A stretch of 63,719 bases of DNA, filler included, from Octopus bimaculoides (GCF_001194135.2; 4 parts of 4 records of this genome joined end to end with filler, not necessarily neighbours in it), one strand, 5' to 3'. Positions 50,331-62,406 are shown, counted from the first letter of the whole stretch. The notes: generated by a model not told the origin, from the letters alone. A program made the numbers and translations.

Positions 50331-51324
50331 TCTTGCATTCACATTGCATTCCCAAACACTCATCACTTTTCTATCACCTGAGAGCAGAATAGGCATATAC
50401 AACATCCCTTGCCCTCCAGACTACTTCCATTTCTTATTAGCTTCCCTTGCCTACTGTCTCCACCAATCACCTTTCTGTGCTGTTCTCCATCATTAACACC
50501 TCACTTATCTGCTATCACCCTCAGATATCTACCACAACCCCATCCCCCAAGCCTCTCTTACATTTTTCTCCATCATTTGCTACAGTCACCTCTATCCTGC
50601 CCACTCATCCAGTCAAAATCTCTGTATCACCTCATCTATTCTCACCCCCCCCCCCCAATGTCCCTCAAGGGCATGTTCTAATACAGCTTTGCCATCATCT
50701 CTCACAGTATCACTCTTCTTCTACTCTTTCACTCTTTCTTTTCCTATTGGAATATCCATTTATCTACGGCAAGACACCTATCTTTGTCCCTCCTTACCTT
50801 TAACCTCTCAACTGGCACAAAGCTTCCTCCTCCCAATGCTACCTCACACTCCAAAGTGAGGAGTTTTTGTTTTTACATCTTACAAGGTACTTGACCCTGT
50901 CAGTGATAGTACCATGTAAAAAGTACCCAGTACACTTTGTAAAGTGTTTGGCATTAAGAAGCATATCCAGTTGTAAGGCAGTAAGTGAACCAATACTGCA
51001 AGCATAAAGAATTTAGTAAATAGCAACACAGTTGCCTGCTTAGTGTTTCTATATATTATCACTGATACACAGCTTTAATTAGAAACTGTTTTCAACTTAT
51101 TTACTCGCTTTCTCCTTGGCTCCCTCAATATATCAAGTGGTGATAATATTTTGGTGCTGTAAAATCCTGGACAATCATCTAAAGCTACATTAAAAATTTG
51201 TTTATGACTTTCTTCAAAACATCTCCAGAGTATGACGTTTTAAGAGGGAGGAATTTACAAGGGAGATAACTTTCATATAACAGCTAAAGCAGCAAATAGA
51301 TATTTTTTAGGATACAATAAGCAA

Positions 51325-51655
51325 TGTGAAGGTACGTGGCTTGGTGGTTAGAGTATTCGGCTCACAATGATAAGGTTATGAGTTCCATAAACAGCAGTGC
51401 ATTGTGTACTTGAGCAAGATACTTTATTTCACATTGCTCCAGTCCATTCAGCTGGTAAAAAGGACTAGTACCTGTGTTTCAATGGGCCAGCCTTGTTGCA
51501 TTCTGTGTCATGCTAAATCTCCCAGAGAACTACATTCAGGGTATATTATGTCTGTAGAGTGCTCAGTCAGTTGTACATTAATTTCATGAGCAGGCTGTTC
51601 CACTGATTAGATTAACTGGGACACCCATTGTTGTAACTGACGGAGTGCAAGTGTT
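51325..51655 (+). mobile_element. SINE family D
   Basis: gtggcttggtggttagagtattcggc...cttgagcaagatactttatttcacattgctccagtcca. Confidence 0.75.
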
Positions 51656-51729
51656 CACATGAGCTAATAAAATACTGACTTAGTAAAAAAAGACCAATGA
51701 TTCATATCTATCAATATTTTGTGCTATAT

Positions 51730-52255
51730 TAGGGCAGTGAGCTGGAAGAATTGTTGGCAAGCTGAGTAAAGTGTTTTGCAGTATTTCATCTGTCTTTATG
51801 TTCTGAGTTCAAATTCTGATGAAGCTGACTTTGCCTTTCATCTTTCAGAGTGTACAGGTGCAACAGAGTGCTAATGTACTGAGAAAAGTTAGGTATAAGT
51901 CCTTTGTCATATTCATAAGGCTCAGTATCACGAGGTCAGCTTTCAATACTTCGTCCCATGTCTTCCTAGGTCTCCCTCTTCCATAAGTTCCATCCACTTT
52001 AAGTGATTGGCACTTCTTTATACAAATGTCCTTTCCCATATCCATCACATGATCAAACCAGCACAGTTTTCTCTCTTGCACACTGCATCTAATTCCTCTC
52101 ATACCTAACTTTTCTCAGTACATTAGCACAATTATACCTAACTTTTCTCAGTACATTAGCACAATAAAATAGGTACTAGTTTAGCATTGGGCTCAATGTA
52201 ACTGACTTACCTGCTCCCCCGAAATTGCTGGACTTGTGCCAAAATTTGAAACCAA
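51730..52255 (+). mobile_element. SINE family B interrupted by a 311-bp templated insertion (51852-52162)
   Basis: The SINE runs to ...gcctttcatctttcagagt and resumes at aataaaataggtactagt...ccaaaatttgaaacc. Confidence 0.85.
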
Positions 52256-52599
52256 TATTTTGTGCTATGTCCATGATCAAAATATCTAACTCTTGCCAGT
52301 CCAGCTTACATAATTGTAAATTTCATTTGGAGGTGTATTTCACCAACACACAGCCAACATATCAAGGATAAAAATAATTATACCAACAAATGTGCGAGGA
52401 GGAAATTATTCACAAGTTTTTGAAGCAGCTAATTCAGTTTACCATCTTGGAATCAAAACTAAAAATTACAGCTCATGAATTCTCGAAATTCCTCATTATT
52501 TCTGAGTACTAACCAACAATTTGATAGCATAGTCCTCCTTGTATTGCAGTCTTAGCAACTGATGGATAGTAACTAGTGAACAACAAATATCAGACTTAC

Positions 52600-52733
52600 T
52601 TAGGTTTTGCATGGATTTCAGTGTATAGTCTTGCTCTTGTCGAGTAATCATCATATTGTTCCAATAGCAGTTTACCGGCTTCCTCATTCAATGCAGACTC
52701 TGGGTTTGGCACAATCAGTAAACATTTTACCGT
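52600..52733 (-). CDS. UBE2S: UBE2S internal coding exon (134 nt)
   Basis: ttttatatag|ACG GTA AAA TGT... = [44 protein letters not shown](AA)|gtaagt. [26 protein letters not shown] is characteristic of UBE2S. Phase 0 in matches the upstream exon; phase 2 out. Confidence 0.97.
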
Positions 52734-52849
52734 CTATATAAAAAATAAATTGGATTATTCAATTATTAATCTTGGCTGAAATCAACAAAACAGTAATCAA
52801 TCAATGTGACAAGGGAAGATAATTTAGTAAAAAATAACAAATAACAATA

Positions 52850-53075
52850 GGCACAGGTAAGAAGCTTGCTTCCTAACCACATAATTCCGGGTTCAGTCCC
52901 AATGCATGGCACCTTGTGAGTGGATTTGGTAGACAGAAACTGAAAGACACCCACTGTATGTATATATGTGTGTGTGTGTCTTTGTGTCTATGTTTGTCCC
53001 TGCAACACTGCTTGACAACCAGTGCTGGTGTCTTTATGTCACTGTAACTTAGTGGTAACGATCACGCTCAAATGG
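52850..53075 (+). mobile_element. SINE family A (intronic, CpG-decayed)
   Basis: ggtaagaagcttgcttcctaaccac...gggttcagtcccaatgcatggcacc. Confidence 0.75.
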
Positions 53076-53125
53076 TGCTATTTACATGCCACTGGCACGG
53101 AAGCCAGACAGCTGCTCTGGCAATA

Positions 53126-53180
<55 letters not shown>

Positions 53181-53974
53181 CACCATCATTTTAATGCCAA
53201 CTTTTCCATGATTGTAAGAGTCAAACGGAATTTGAGGTAGATTTTCTAAGGCTGGATACCCTTCCTGTGGCCAATCCTCACTTGTTTCCAGGCAAGGTAA
53301 TATTTCCCCATTTCCAAACAAGTTTTTCAAAAAGATTGGAAACAAAAGACATGACTTGTATGACAATGAAGATTGCTTTAGAACAACCACATGTCAAGAC
53401 AAAGAGACACTAATACATATATATTTATATGATGGGTTTCTTTCAGTTTCCATTTGCCAAATATACTCACAAAGCTTTGGTCAGCCTGAGATTATAGAAG
53501 AAAATTATCCAAGGTGCCACGTAAAGAGACTGAACCCAAAATTATGTGTGGGAAACAAATTTCTTAACCACATATCCATTTAATGCTAATTATAGCTACT
53601 TTTAGAAGAAAAAGAACTCAAAACATATAGAGTATGTATTTTTTATAGCGATAATTGAAGGTACAATTTCTCACAACAACTAACCTGTTTCAACTCAGTA
53701 GAGTTCAATGATTCTCTATTGAGATGACTCAATCTAGTCAGTCACTGTGAGAAATATTTTATCTTATTCCCTCAATTTACACACACACACACACACCCCG
53801 CCGCTGTCACCACCATTCAACATCTGTTTTCCTTTTGTGCATGGGTTGTTGGTTTGACAGGGATAGGCAAGTCAAAGGACAGCACCAAGCTCTACTGGTT
53901 TTTATGGTTGGATACCATTCCTCACTTTACAGGGTGTACTGGGTGCTTTTTCTAACATGGCACCAGCACCTGTA

Positions 53975-54014
<40 letters not shown>

Positions 54015-54344
54015 TGAGATTGAAATGAACAATTCACTAATGGAACTTGCACTAAGTAGTGATCACTGGTAAGTCTAAATGCATTATAAATATCACTAGC
54101 CATGGTCTACTTAACTTCCTTCTAAAGAAAGGTATCTACATGTTTTTATCTGCACAAAATAGGCTACTTCTAGTAATGCTCAACATGATGAGATATCACA
54201 TCTTAATACAATGTTTCTGATGGGAATTAAACCCCAAGAAGATTTTAACAAATAGATTAACTGTTAAAATTATACATAATGTTAAACTCATCTCAGTGCT
54301 AATGAGAGATTTAAGGAAACTATCGATTACAAATTTTGGCAGAA

Positions 54345-54535
54345 GGCCAGGAATTTTGAGGGCTGGGGTTAGTTGATAAATCAACCCCAGTGCTCAACTG
54401 GTACTTATTTTATTGACTCCGAAGGGATGAAAGGTAAAGTCAACCTCGGTGGAATTTGAACTCAGAATGTAAAGACAGACAAAATGCTGCTAAGTAATTT
54501 GCCTAGCATGTTAACCTTTCTGCTAGCTCACCACC
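54345..54535 (-). mobile_element. SINE family B
   Basis: ctggtacttattttattgac...gaaaggtaaagtcaacctcggtggaatttgaactcagaa...ctgctagctcacc. Confidence 0.8.
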
Positions 54536-54884
54536 TTATTTAAGGAAAATAGTGAGATACATTGATGCTTTTGAACACAAGATGAATGTAGGCTTATTGT
54601 CAATTTCCAACAGACTGTTGAAAATCATGCCATCTTGTTAAATGTGAATATTGCTAATACTTTTTAGAATGGTATTAGTCTTACATAATCGTATCCTTCT
54701 CTATAAGTCTGCATATAAAAATATGATACTTCAGTAAAATGTTACTAGTATAAATAAGATTAAAAAATTCACAGCATCATTACTTCAAGTTTATCTCAAG
54801 GCAACATCAAATATGTGTGCATATGAATTTATATTGGCATGTGAGTACACACACAGATGTACATGCATAATTTTATATTCTTTT

Positions 54885-55270
54885 GTTTTCTTTTACTTGT
54901 TTCAGTCATTTGACTGTGGCCATGCTGGGGCACCACTTTTAGTTGAACAAATTGACCCCAAGACTTATCCTTTGTAAGCCTAGTACTTATTCTATCGGTC
55001 TCATAACCGTTAAGTTATGGGGATGTAAACACACCAACAGCAGTTGTCAAGCGATGGTGGGGGAACAAACACAGACACACACACACAAACATAAATATAT
55101 AGATATAAACGGTGGGCTTCCTTAGGTTTTTGTCTACCAAATCCACTCACAAGGCTTTGGTCGGTTCAAGGCTATAGTAAGAGACACTGGCCCAAGGTGC
55201 CATGCAGTGGGACTGAACCCAGAACCATGTGGTTGGGAAGCAAGCTTCTTACCACACAGCCACACTGTAC
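54885..55270 (-). mobile_element. SINE family A (intronic, near full length)
   Basis: Tail, core and head blocks are all present in reverse; several CG changed to TG/CA. Confidence 0.85.
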
Positions 55271-55614
55271 CTATGTGTAAACGGTTATCTTGGGTTAGAA
55301 AATACACTCTTCAAGGAACCAACGAAACTGCTAGGATGTATGAATAACGCAATATCAAATTGGTTAATTAAATATCCATAAATAAAGAGCTGTAATGTGT
55401 GTGTGGGATATTCTATGAATTAATTAAAAACCAACTAATCAAGATCAATAAATGAATGGTAAGGATTCAGGACTTTTTAAAGCAGTAGCTTATTAAACTA
55501 GTAATTTTACCTGATGAAGTTTCGAAGCTATGTCAGTTTGGCAGTGACTTAATCTAAAACTGTGTATTGAAACTGAAACAATCACATCATAAGAGAATCA
55601 TTTTAATCATTTAA

Positions 55615-55812
55615 CCCTTTAGCATTTAAACCAGCCATAGCAGGCCAAAGTATTCAACCTGGCCAGATCCTGCATATCACACCTACTCAACAATGTCATT
55701 CTAAAAATATACAATCACATCACTGAAATCTCGAAGATACAAGATAACACATGATTAATTCTAAGCAATGTAAATAATTAAGTATTACATTTAACAGAGT
55801 AATCTAAATACT
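55615..55812. mobile_element. Same piggyBac-type MITE, right end lost at a SINE
   Basis: ttaa|ccctttagcatttaaacc... shares its body with 58281. Another 3' half lies at ~23140-23263. Confidence 0.8.
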
Positions 55813-56060
55813 GTGGAGGCGCATGGCCTAGTGGTTAGGGTGTCGGTACCATGATCGTAAGATTGTAGTTTCAATTCCTGGACCGGGCGGCGCGTTGTGT
55901 TCTTGAGCAAAACACTTCATTTCACGTTCCAGTCCACTCAGCTGGCAAAAATGAGTAACGCTGCGATGGACTGGCGTCTGTCCAGCTGGGGAACACATAC
56001 GCCATTGAAACCGGGAAACCGAGACCATGAGTCTGGCTAGGCTTTAAAAGGGCACATTTA
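55813..56060 (+). mobile_element. SINE family D
   Basis: ggaggcgcatggcctagtggttaggg (A box) ... gtttcaattcc (B box) ... cttgagcaaaacacttcatttcac..ccagtccactcagctgg. Confidence 0.85.
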
Positions 56061-56489
56061 TTATTTTTTTTAATTTAACGCCTCAACAGAGCTGTTGCTC
56101 ATTATGAAATAAAGTTTTATCACACTTAAATGATGTGGTTGCCCACTGCCTCCTTATTTGAAGGGCTGCATCACTTAATGATTGGATATTATTTTGTCCA
56201 AATAAGAAATACATGTGAAATGCTGTTTACTTTCATTTCACTAATAGCACACTGCTATCAATCTGCATTGATCAATGCTACAATGAAAATTCCCCATAAT
56301 TTTTGTGTAAACCTAGACAAATTTGAAGGTGTTTTTAAGGGTTTTTTACTTCATTGGTTATATATTTTAAAATAGTGCTATATATGAACTAAATTTACCA
56401 TTTTTTTCTATAAAATTTAAAAGTGCAACACAACAGAATTAAAATATCATGGACTCTAAAATAGATACAAGCAAAAAATATCTACTTAC

Positions 56490-56680
56490 CAAAAGAATGT
56501 GTTTGATCCCCAGTTCTGGTTTCCAGTCTTTCTTCAGCGTATTTACACATATCTCCCCATTATTTGCCACATTTGGATGAAATATTTTTGTCAAGAAAAA
56601 TCCCTTAGGTGGTTCAGTTGGGAAGTTTTTTCCTAAAACTAGTTTCATTTTGAAAACACCTCCAGCATATGGAGTTCCGG
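56490..56680 (-). CDS. UBE2S: UBE2S internal coding exon (191 nt; E2 catalytic core)
   Basis: Minus strand reads tttttatcag|CC GGA ACT CCA TAT... = (x)[63 protein letters not shown]|gtaagt. It has the HPN motif and catalytic Cys (GEICVN) and closely matches the recalled human UBE2S segment [59 protein letters not shown]. Phase 1 in, phase 0 out. Confidence 0.97.
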
Positions 56681-57651
56681 CTGATAAAAAAAAAGTGCAA
56701 ATATGTATATTTGAAGCTGTACATTACAAAATCATTAAATTAAAATAATTTTTATAAAATATCAGAATGAAATAGCAATCCTATCTACACAACCATCTAG
56801 TTCTGCATGTGTGTGTGTGTGTGAGTGAGAATGTGTGTGTGTAGTGTGAATAGTTGAAGTATTTGAGGTTACTAATTACTAGTGAATAAAAGCAGACAAG
56901 AAAATTTAGGCATGTTATATGTCTGAATGTGTAAGTCTAAAAATCTGTCCAGACAGTTGTGAGAAAAAGTTCAATAATCTGTAAGATCAAATGAGGAGGT
57001 GGCTAGACTAGTGCTTAGCATGCCAAATGCTACAGACCAGAAATAATAGCATTGTTACAGAGAAAATCATTCAGGACTGAATCATATGGTGATGCTATAT
57101 TGTACATTCATCAATGTTGGCATAGAAAATTTCCTATGCACAAACATAACTTGAAACTTCATATAAATTACACCAGAGGCAATTAAACAATTATAAAATT
57201 TTTATACTATACAGATGTGACAAAGTTAAATTTAAGGAGGTATTTATCCTTTTTTACATTTCATAAAATTCTCAGACATTGCATGAAAAATAAAACCTAA
57301 GTTTAGTGTTACCACATTTAATAGGTTAACTAGAAATAAATATGCAATGAGGAAAAAAATCAATAGTAGTCAATGATTAACGTAAATTTCATGTTTCTAG
57401 CAAGTGCAGGAGATGATACCTCCTGACATGTTTTGGAGTTATGATATAATCAGCATAGCATAGCATTCATTGTACTTGCAAAAATAAGGATTAAGTATCA
57501 CTAAGTAAATGTACAAGATTGTACATTGGTTGGCACAGGAAACTAGAATTGGCTAGTGAATAAATAATTCAGAGATGTAATATAATAATATAAAAAAAGC
57601 TATTTAATTCATGAAGCTCTAAATGGTGGGAAAAAACCTCCAATATTATCT

Positions 57652-57950
57652 TTATTTTTTACTTGTTTCAGTCACTGGACTATGGTTATGTTGGGGTACT
57701 GCTTTGACGGGTTTAATTGAACAAATCACCCCCAGTACTTACTTTTTTTAAGCCTAGTACTTATTCTCTCAGTGTTTTTGCCGAACCACTAAGTTACAAG
57801 GACGTAAACAAAGCAACATTGTCAAGCGGTGGGGCTACTTCTAACTTATGTCAACAGAATCCACTCATAAGGCTTTGGTAGGCCCAGCAAGGTACCACAC
57901 AGTGAGACTGAACCAAAAACCATGTGGTTGGGAGGCAAACTTCTTACTAC
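57652..57950 (-). mobile_element. SINE family A (intronic)
   Basis: ttttacttgtttcagtca...aagcctagtacttattct...ccactcataaggctttgg...gactgaacc. Confidence 0.75.
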
Positions 57951-58280
57951 AATGCTGAAATCTACACTATGCTGATAAGGGTTATAACATACTAAGAAAA
58001 TGAAATATCAACCATTGAAGAATATTGCTTTTTTTATCTTCACCCCATATTTATGGCTGGTTAGCTTTTTAGCGCACCCTCCAATAAATATGATAACATG
58101 AAGATAACTATTAAATACAACAGTTCACTGACAACTTTAGTGTATTCACTGTTCACAATGAAAATTTAGAAAAAGAGATATAATTTTTAATCATATATCT
58201 AACCTAAAGCTAGCATTAAGCTGAATGGAATGTTTGCTGCTAAATGTCCTGCATTAAGAAAACCTTAAAATAATATTTAA

Positions 58281-58500
58281 CCCTTTAGCATTTAAACTGG
58301 CCATATCTAGCCAAAATATTCTCCCTGTTTTATATTCAAAACCAACGAGATCTGTCCTCTCATATCTGTCCTGCAATGTCATTCTACACATAAACAATCA
58401 CATCATTAAAATCTTAAAGATATGAGATAATGCAGATTAAATCAAAACAATGTAAATAAATAACCATTATATTTGACAGGATAATCTGAATGCTAAAGGG
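58281..58500. mobile_element. piggyBac-type MITE with TTAA TSD
   Basis: ttaa|ccctttagcatt ... aatgctaaaggg|ttaa: 12-bp perfect TIRs with TTAA on both sides. Confidence 0.9.
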
Positions 58501-59004
58501 TTAAATCTATGTAATAGTCATGTGCAGTCATTTTTAAATACATTAAGAGATTTTTAGGTTCACTGAATAAAACATTAGCAATTTTAAATAACAAAGATTT
58601 TCATGACTTTCTTGATGGCAAAGTTGTTAGCCCAGCAAACCATACTATTACTAAACCATAATTATTGTATAAATTTTTATTTCAGTTTCAGATTCATATA
58701 ATTTGATTTCAACTAAGCAGTATTAATAGCTTTCCTGTAAATATAAATTTTACATTATGTCAATTTAATGAAAATACACACGTTTTATAAATTCAGAATA
58801 TTCTTATTCTAAGTGTTCAAACTCTTGTGTATGTGTTTGTATATATATGATACATGTGCAACCATTAATACAGGCACATTTTTTTTCTCTTTCCATCTGT
58901 TTTCTTTCCTCATTCCTTTATTTTCCCTGAGCATTAAACTAATACACCCTGTTGTTTTCTCACCTGCACCTGTCCATTGTTTTTTGGCATCATATATATA
59001 TATA

Positions 59005-59290
59005 TATATCATCATCGTCGTTTAACGTCCGCTTTCCATGCTAGCATGGGTTGGACGATTTGACTGAGGACTGGTGAAACCAGATGGCTACACCAGGCTC
59101 CAATCTGATTTGGCAGAGTTTCTACAGCTGGATGCCCTTCCTAACGCCAACCACTCAGAGAGTGTAGTGGGTGCTTTTACGTGCTACCAGCACAAAGGCC
59201 AGTCAGGCAGTACTGGCAACGGCCACGCTCAAAATGGTGTATTTTATGTGCCACCCGCACAAGAGCCAGTCCAGGGGCGCTGGCAACAAT
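59005..59290 (-). mobile_element. RTE 3'-end / RTE-tailed short element (second copy)
   Basis: Same sequence as 41311-41590 with a few substitutions. Confidence 0.8.
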
Positions 59291-59756
59291 CGCGTTAAAG
59301 CATTTAGAAACTTCAAGGCATGTGAAATAATTTGTTTTTAACAGTGGAACTTGAAGTAGACAGAAAAAGTCAAAGGCTATTATTTATAGCTTTATCTACT
59401 TCAAGTTCAACATCATTTAACATCCTCCTTCCATACTGGAATAGGTTGGATGGTTTAACAGGAGCTGGCCAAGCAGAAGCCAGCAACATACTTCTGTGTC
59501 TGTTTTGGCACATTATATATAAATCAAGATAATCATAACATATTTTGATTATTTTATGACAAGAATATTTCATTTAAATTACTTTAATTGCTTAAAACAG
59601 CAGCCAATCTTGTTTGATCAAAAAAAATTTTGAACTGGTGAGCAAGGAGCATATTAATGGCATTTTGATATGACTACTTCATAAACATTAAGCCAAGATA
59701 GTATTCTATAGCCAAAACTTTCAAAATTTTTCTCTAAAATTTTCCATGTATTTTAT

Positions 59757-60002
59757 AAATGAATGGGAGAAAGAGAGCCTGCCGTATGTCGACCCAATAG
59801 AGGGACCAGCTATCCGAGTTGATAGTACCAGGGTAGATAAAGCAATTAAGAGTATGAAGACCGGGAAAGCCCCCGGCCCATCAGGAATCACTGCAGAGAT
59901 GCTCAAAATATCTGGCAGTGTTGGCTATAGCCTAGTCACCCGTATTACGAACCAGGTGATACACGAAGGAGTCATACCCAATGACTGGTGTAGCAGCATC
60001 AT
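59757..60002 (+). mobile_element. RTE LINE fragment (open frame, cut by gap)
   Basis: EGPAIRVDSTRVDKAIKSMKTGKAPGPSGITAEMLKISG...GVIPNDWCSSI, the pre-RT region of RTE ORF2. Confidence 0.92.
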
Positions 60003-60223
60003 NNNNNNNNNNNNNNNNNNNNNNNNNNNNNNNNNNNNNNNNNNNNTTAATTAATTAANNNNNNNNNNNNNNNNNNNNNNNNNNNNNNNNNNNNNNNNNN
60101 NNAAAAATGCTTAGCGGAATATCTTTACCTTTCATCATTTCGGGGTCGATTAAAAAAGTACCAGTTGAATATTGGAGTCGATGCAATCGATTTGCCTCAT
60201 CCCTCACTACCAAACTGCTGGCC

Positions 60224-60295
<72 letters not shown>

Positions 60296-60911
60296 GACAA
60301 AATCGACATTCATAGGTTGATTATAATTTTTCAGTATATTCTCAGAAAAAAATCGAGTTAGCACGAAGCCGAGACGAAGTCTGAATGGTACCTGATTTAT
60401 ACAAGTTAAGAATGGTTGAAGCTGAAATAGAATGAAGACGAATATTGAAGCCGAAGAACATTGAATGAATGGACGGAATGACAAAATCATTAATGAATGC
60501 AGATGCAAACAGACACACGCACACAAACAGAGATAAATAGTGATACATGTCGGTGTTAGAGGTGTGGGAGGACAATTGGCTTGAAAACACTTTGTCTTGA
60601 ACTTTATGTAAATGCAGACAGGAAGCTTCTATGGCAGCTTAGCAAAATGAATTTGGTTAACTTCCATGGTGAAAAGGTGACAAGGATCATTTTCCCCACC
60701 ATCACCATCACCACCACCATCCGAATGCTTTAATTGTAGAAACTAAATTCCAATTTACATAAAAGTATATTGAATTCTTCTTTACTGACCAAACATAAAA
60801 CAAAAGAGTTTTGTTTCCATCTCGATTCTAAAGGAATGAGTGTGCGAATAAAGTGTTGATTTAAAGAGATTTAAGGTCATAGGAATAAAGCCTTAAACAT
60901 AACGTACATTA

Positions 60912-61592
60912 ATGTGTGTGTGTAATGTGTGTGCAAGCGAGTACACTATCCATCCTTCCAAGAGAAGATGTTCTGATGCTGAAGCCTCCCATTCTTTATC
61001 AAACCCAAAAGCGCTGGATACTGACAGTGACTCTGAAGAAGAGATTGAAGAGTACAACTATGGTGAAGATGACAGAGTTGGTCAAAATGATAGTGATAGT
61101 GGTGGCACTTATTCCTCCCCAAGAAGGCACAACAAATCTGCAATTGGTACGAGACTTGTAACTGGAACGAACGTCTCTACCAACAAAGCTGCGAAAATCT
61201 GCAAGCAGTTGTCAGAGGAGGGCATTGATATCCCAGCTCCTAGTCAGCAAGGCATTTACAAGGCACTCTTCAAGAAAGCTGGTGAAATAAAGAAACACTT
61301 GATCGATACGCTACGCAATCAGAAATGGAGCCTGCATTTCGCTGTTAAACATATTGACGGAAATGAATATCAAGCAGTTGTCATCACGAATGAAACAAGC
61401 GAAATCAAACTAGAATTCTAGTTTTTGGAAATCCACCCAAATGCAACCGAGTATAAAAATTTCAAAGATAGTCATGGGTGAACATTTTTGATCAAATACA
61501 AACAAAGAAAACATTGATTTTCATTGTTTTTAAGCAAAAGCTCATCAGAATATGATACAGGACTATGGAGTTGCAAAAAAGTTGTATCCCTA
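60912..61592 (+). mobile_element. Internally deleted hAT-like (LHxDGK family) transposase relic
   Basis: The 169-aa ORF contains RLVTGTNVSTNKAAKICKQLSEEGIDIPAPSQQGIYKALFK...WSLHFAVKHIDGNEYQAVVITNETSEIKL. From recall, this resembles a widespread invertebrate transposase family often annotated as Cc8K15.2-like, with consensus LHFDGK. The Asp is Ala here and the ORF stops before the rest of the RNase H fold. Confidence 0.6.
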
Positions 61593-61980
61593 GTGTACAC
61601 ATGTCGTACCATGATATGTCATGGACCTTAACTCCTTGATGAAGTCGTTAAGACACTGTCGTGACCTACGGTTTGTTTAGAGGATTTTAGACGTAGTGGG
61701 ACCCATCTCTCTCTCTCTCCAAATCTGACCACGATCAATCTCTCACAGAAGGAAAGAAAGAAAGAGTCAGACAGAAAGAAAGAGCTTAAGAAATACAAGG
61801 ATCTATCTACGTACAGGACTGGCACACTTTTCATCGACCTCCAAAAGGCGAATTTAACCTCAGCAAGAGTTGAACCCAAAGCGATAAGAAACGTAAGGAT
61901 TGCTGAAAAGCAATCTTTCCGACGTTCCAACGAGTTCTCCAATCGGTCATTATATATGTATAGGAACATATGTATATATC

Positions 61981-62406
61981 CAGCGCTGGATTAACCATTA
62001 AGCAAAATAAGCACGTGGTTAGGGCATCAAGGGAAGGAGCGAGGCACCATAGAAATGGTAGATGGTTTACGGCACAAAAGAAATCCCTTTAAACTTGGTA
62101 AAATAATATTCGGGATGCCTTTATCTCTACTAAGAATAGATGCAGATGTGTGCCTAAGATTAATTTTGAGGATCTAATCAAAGACTTAGCAATTAAAAAA
62201 AGTAGGAGGAAACTTTTCAAATATAAATAAAGTGGAAGTACACAAAAAGAAACATTATTTTCCCTCTTACTGTTTTGTTTCGTTTTGAAAAATAAAAATT
62301 TATTTTATGGTTTGTTATTGTTTATATTTTGAATTACATAATCTTTTATGGGACCACCAAAATCTTTTAAGTGCTTAGGGCTTCGGTGGGTCTTAATTTG
62401 GTCCTG
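61981..62406. mobile_element. Degenerate hAT-type MITE
   Basis: Ends cagcgctggattaa / ttaatttggtcctg match 9/14, CAGGGCCGGATTAA-like. Subterminal gtg(c/g)ttagggc occurs at both ends. Flanks are TA-rich. Confidence 0.4.

Noticed and set aside
55505-55535. CTGATGAAG..GAAGCTATGTC hammerhead-like string
   Set aside because: Stem II is essentially absent, GAAA is broken and stem I is mismatched.
61628-61969. 113-aa minus-strand ORF as the missing UBE2S N-terminal exon
   Set aside because: No similarity to the NVENL...EGP sequence; includes microsatellite and degenerate SINE sequence.
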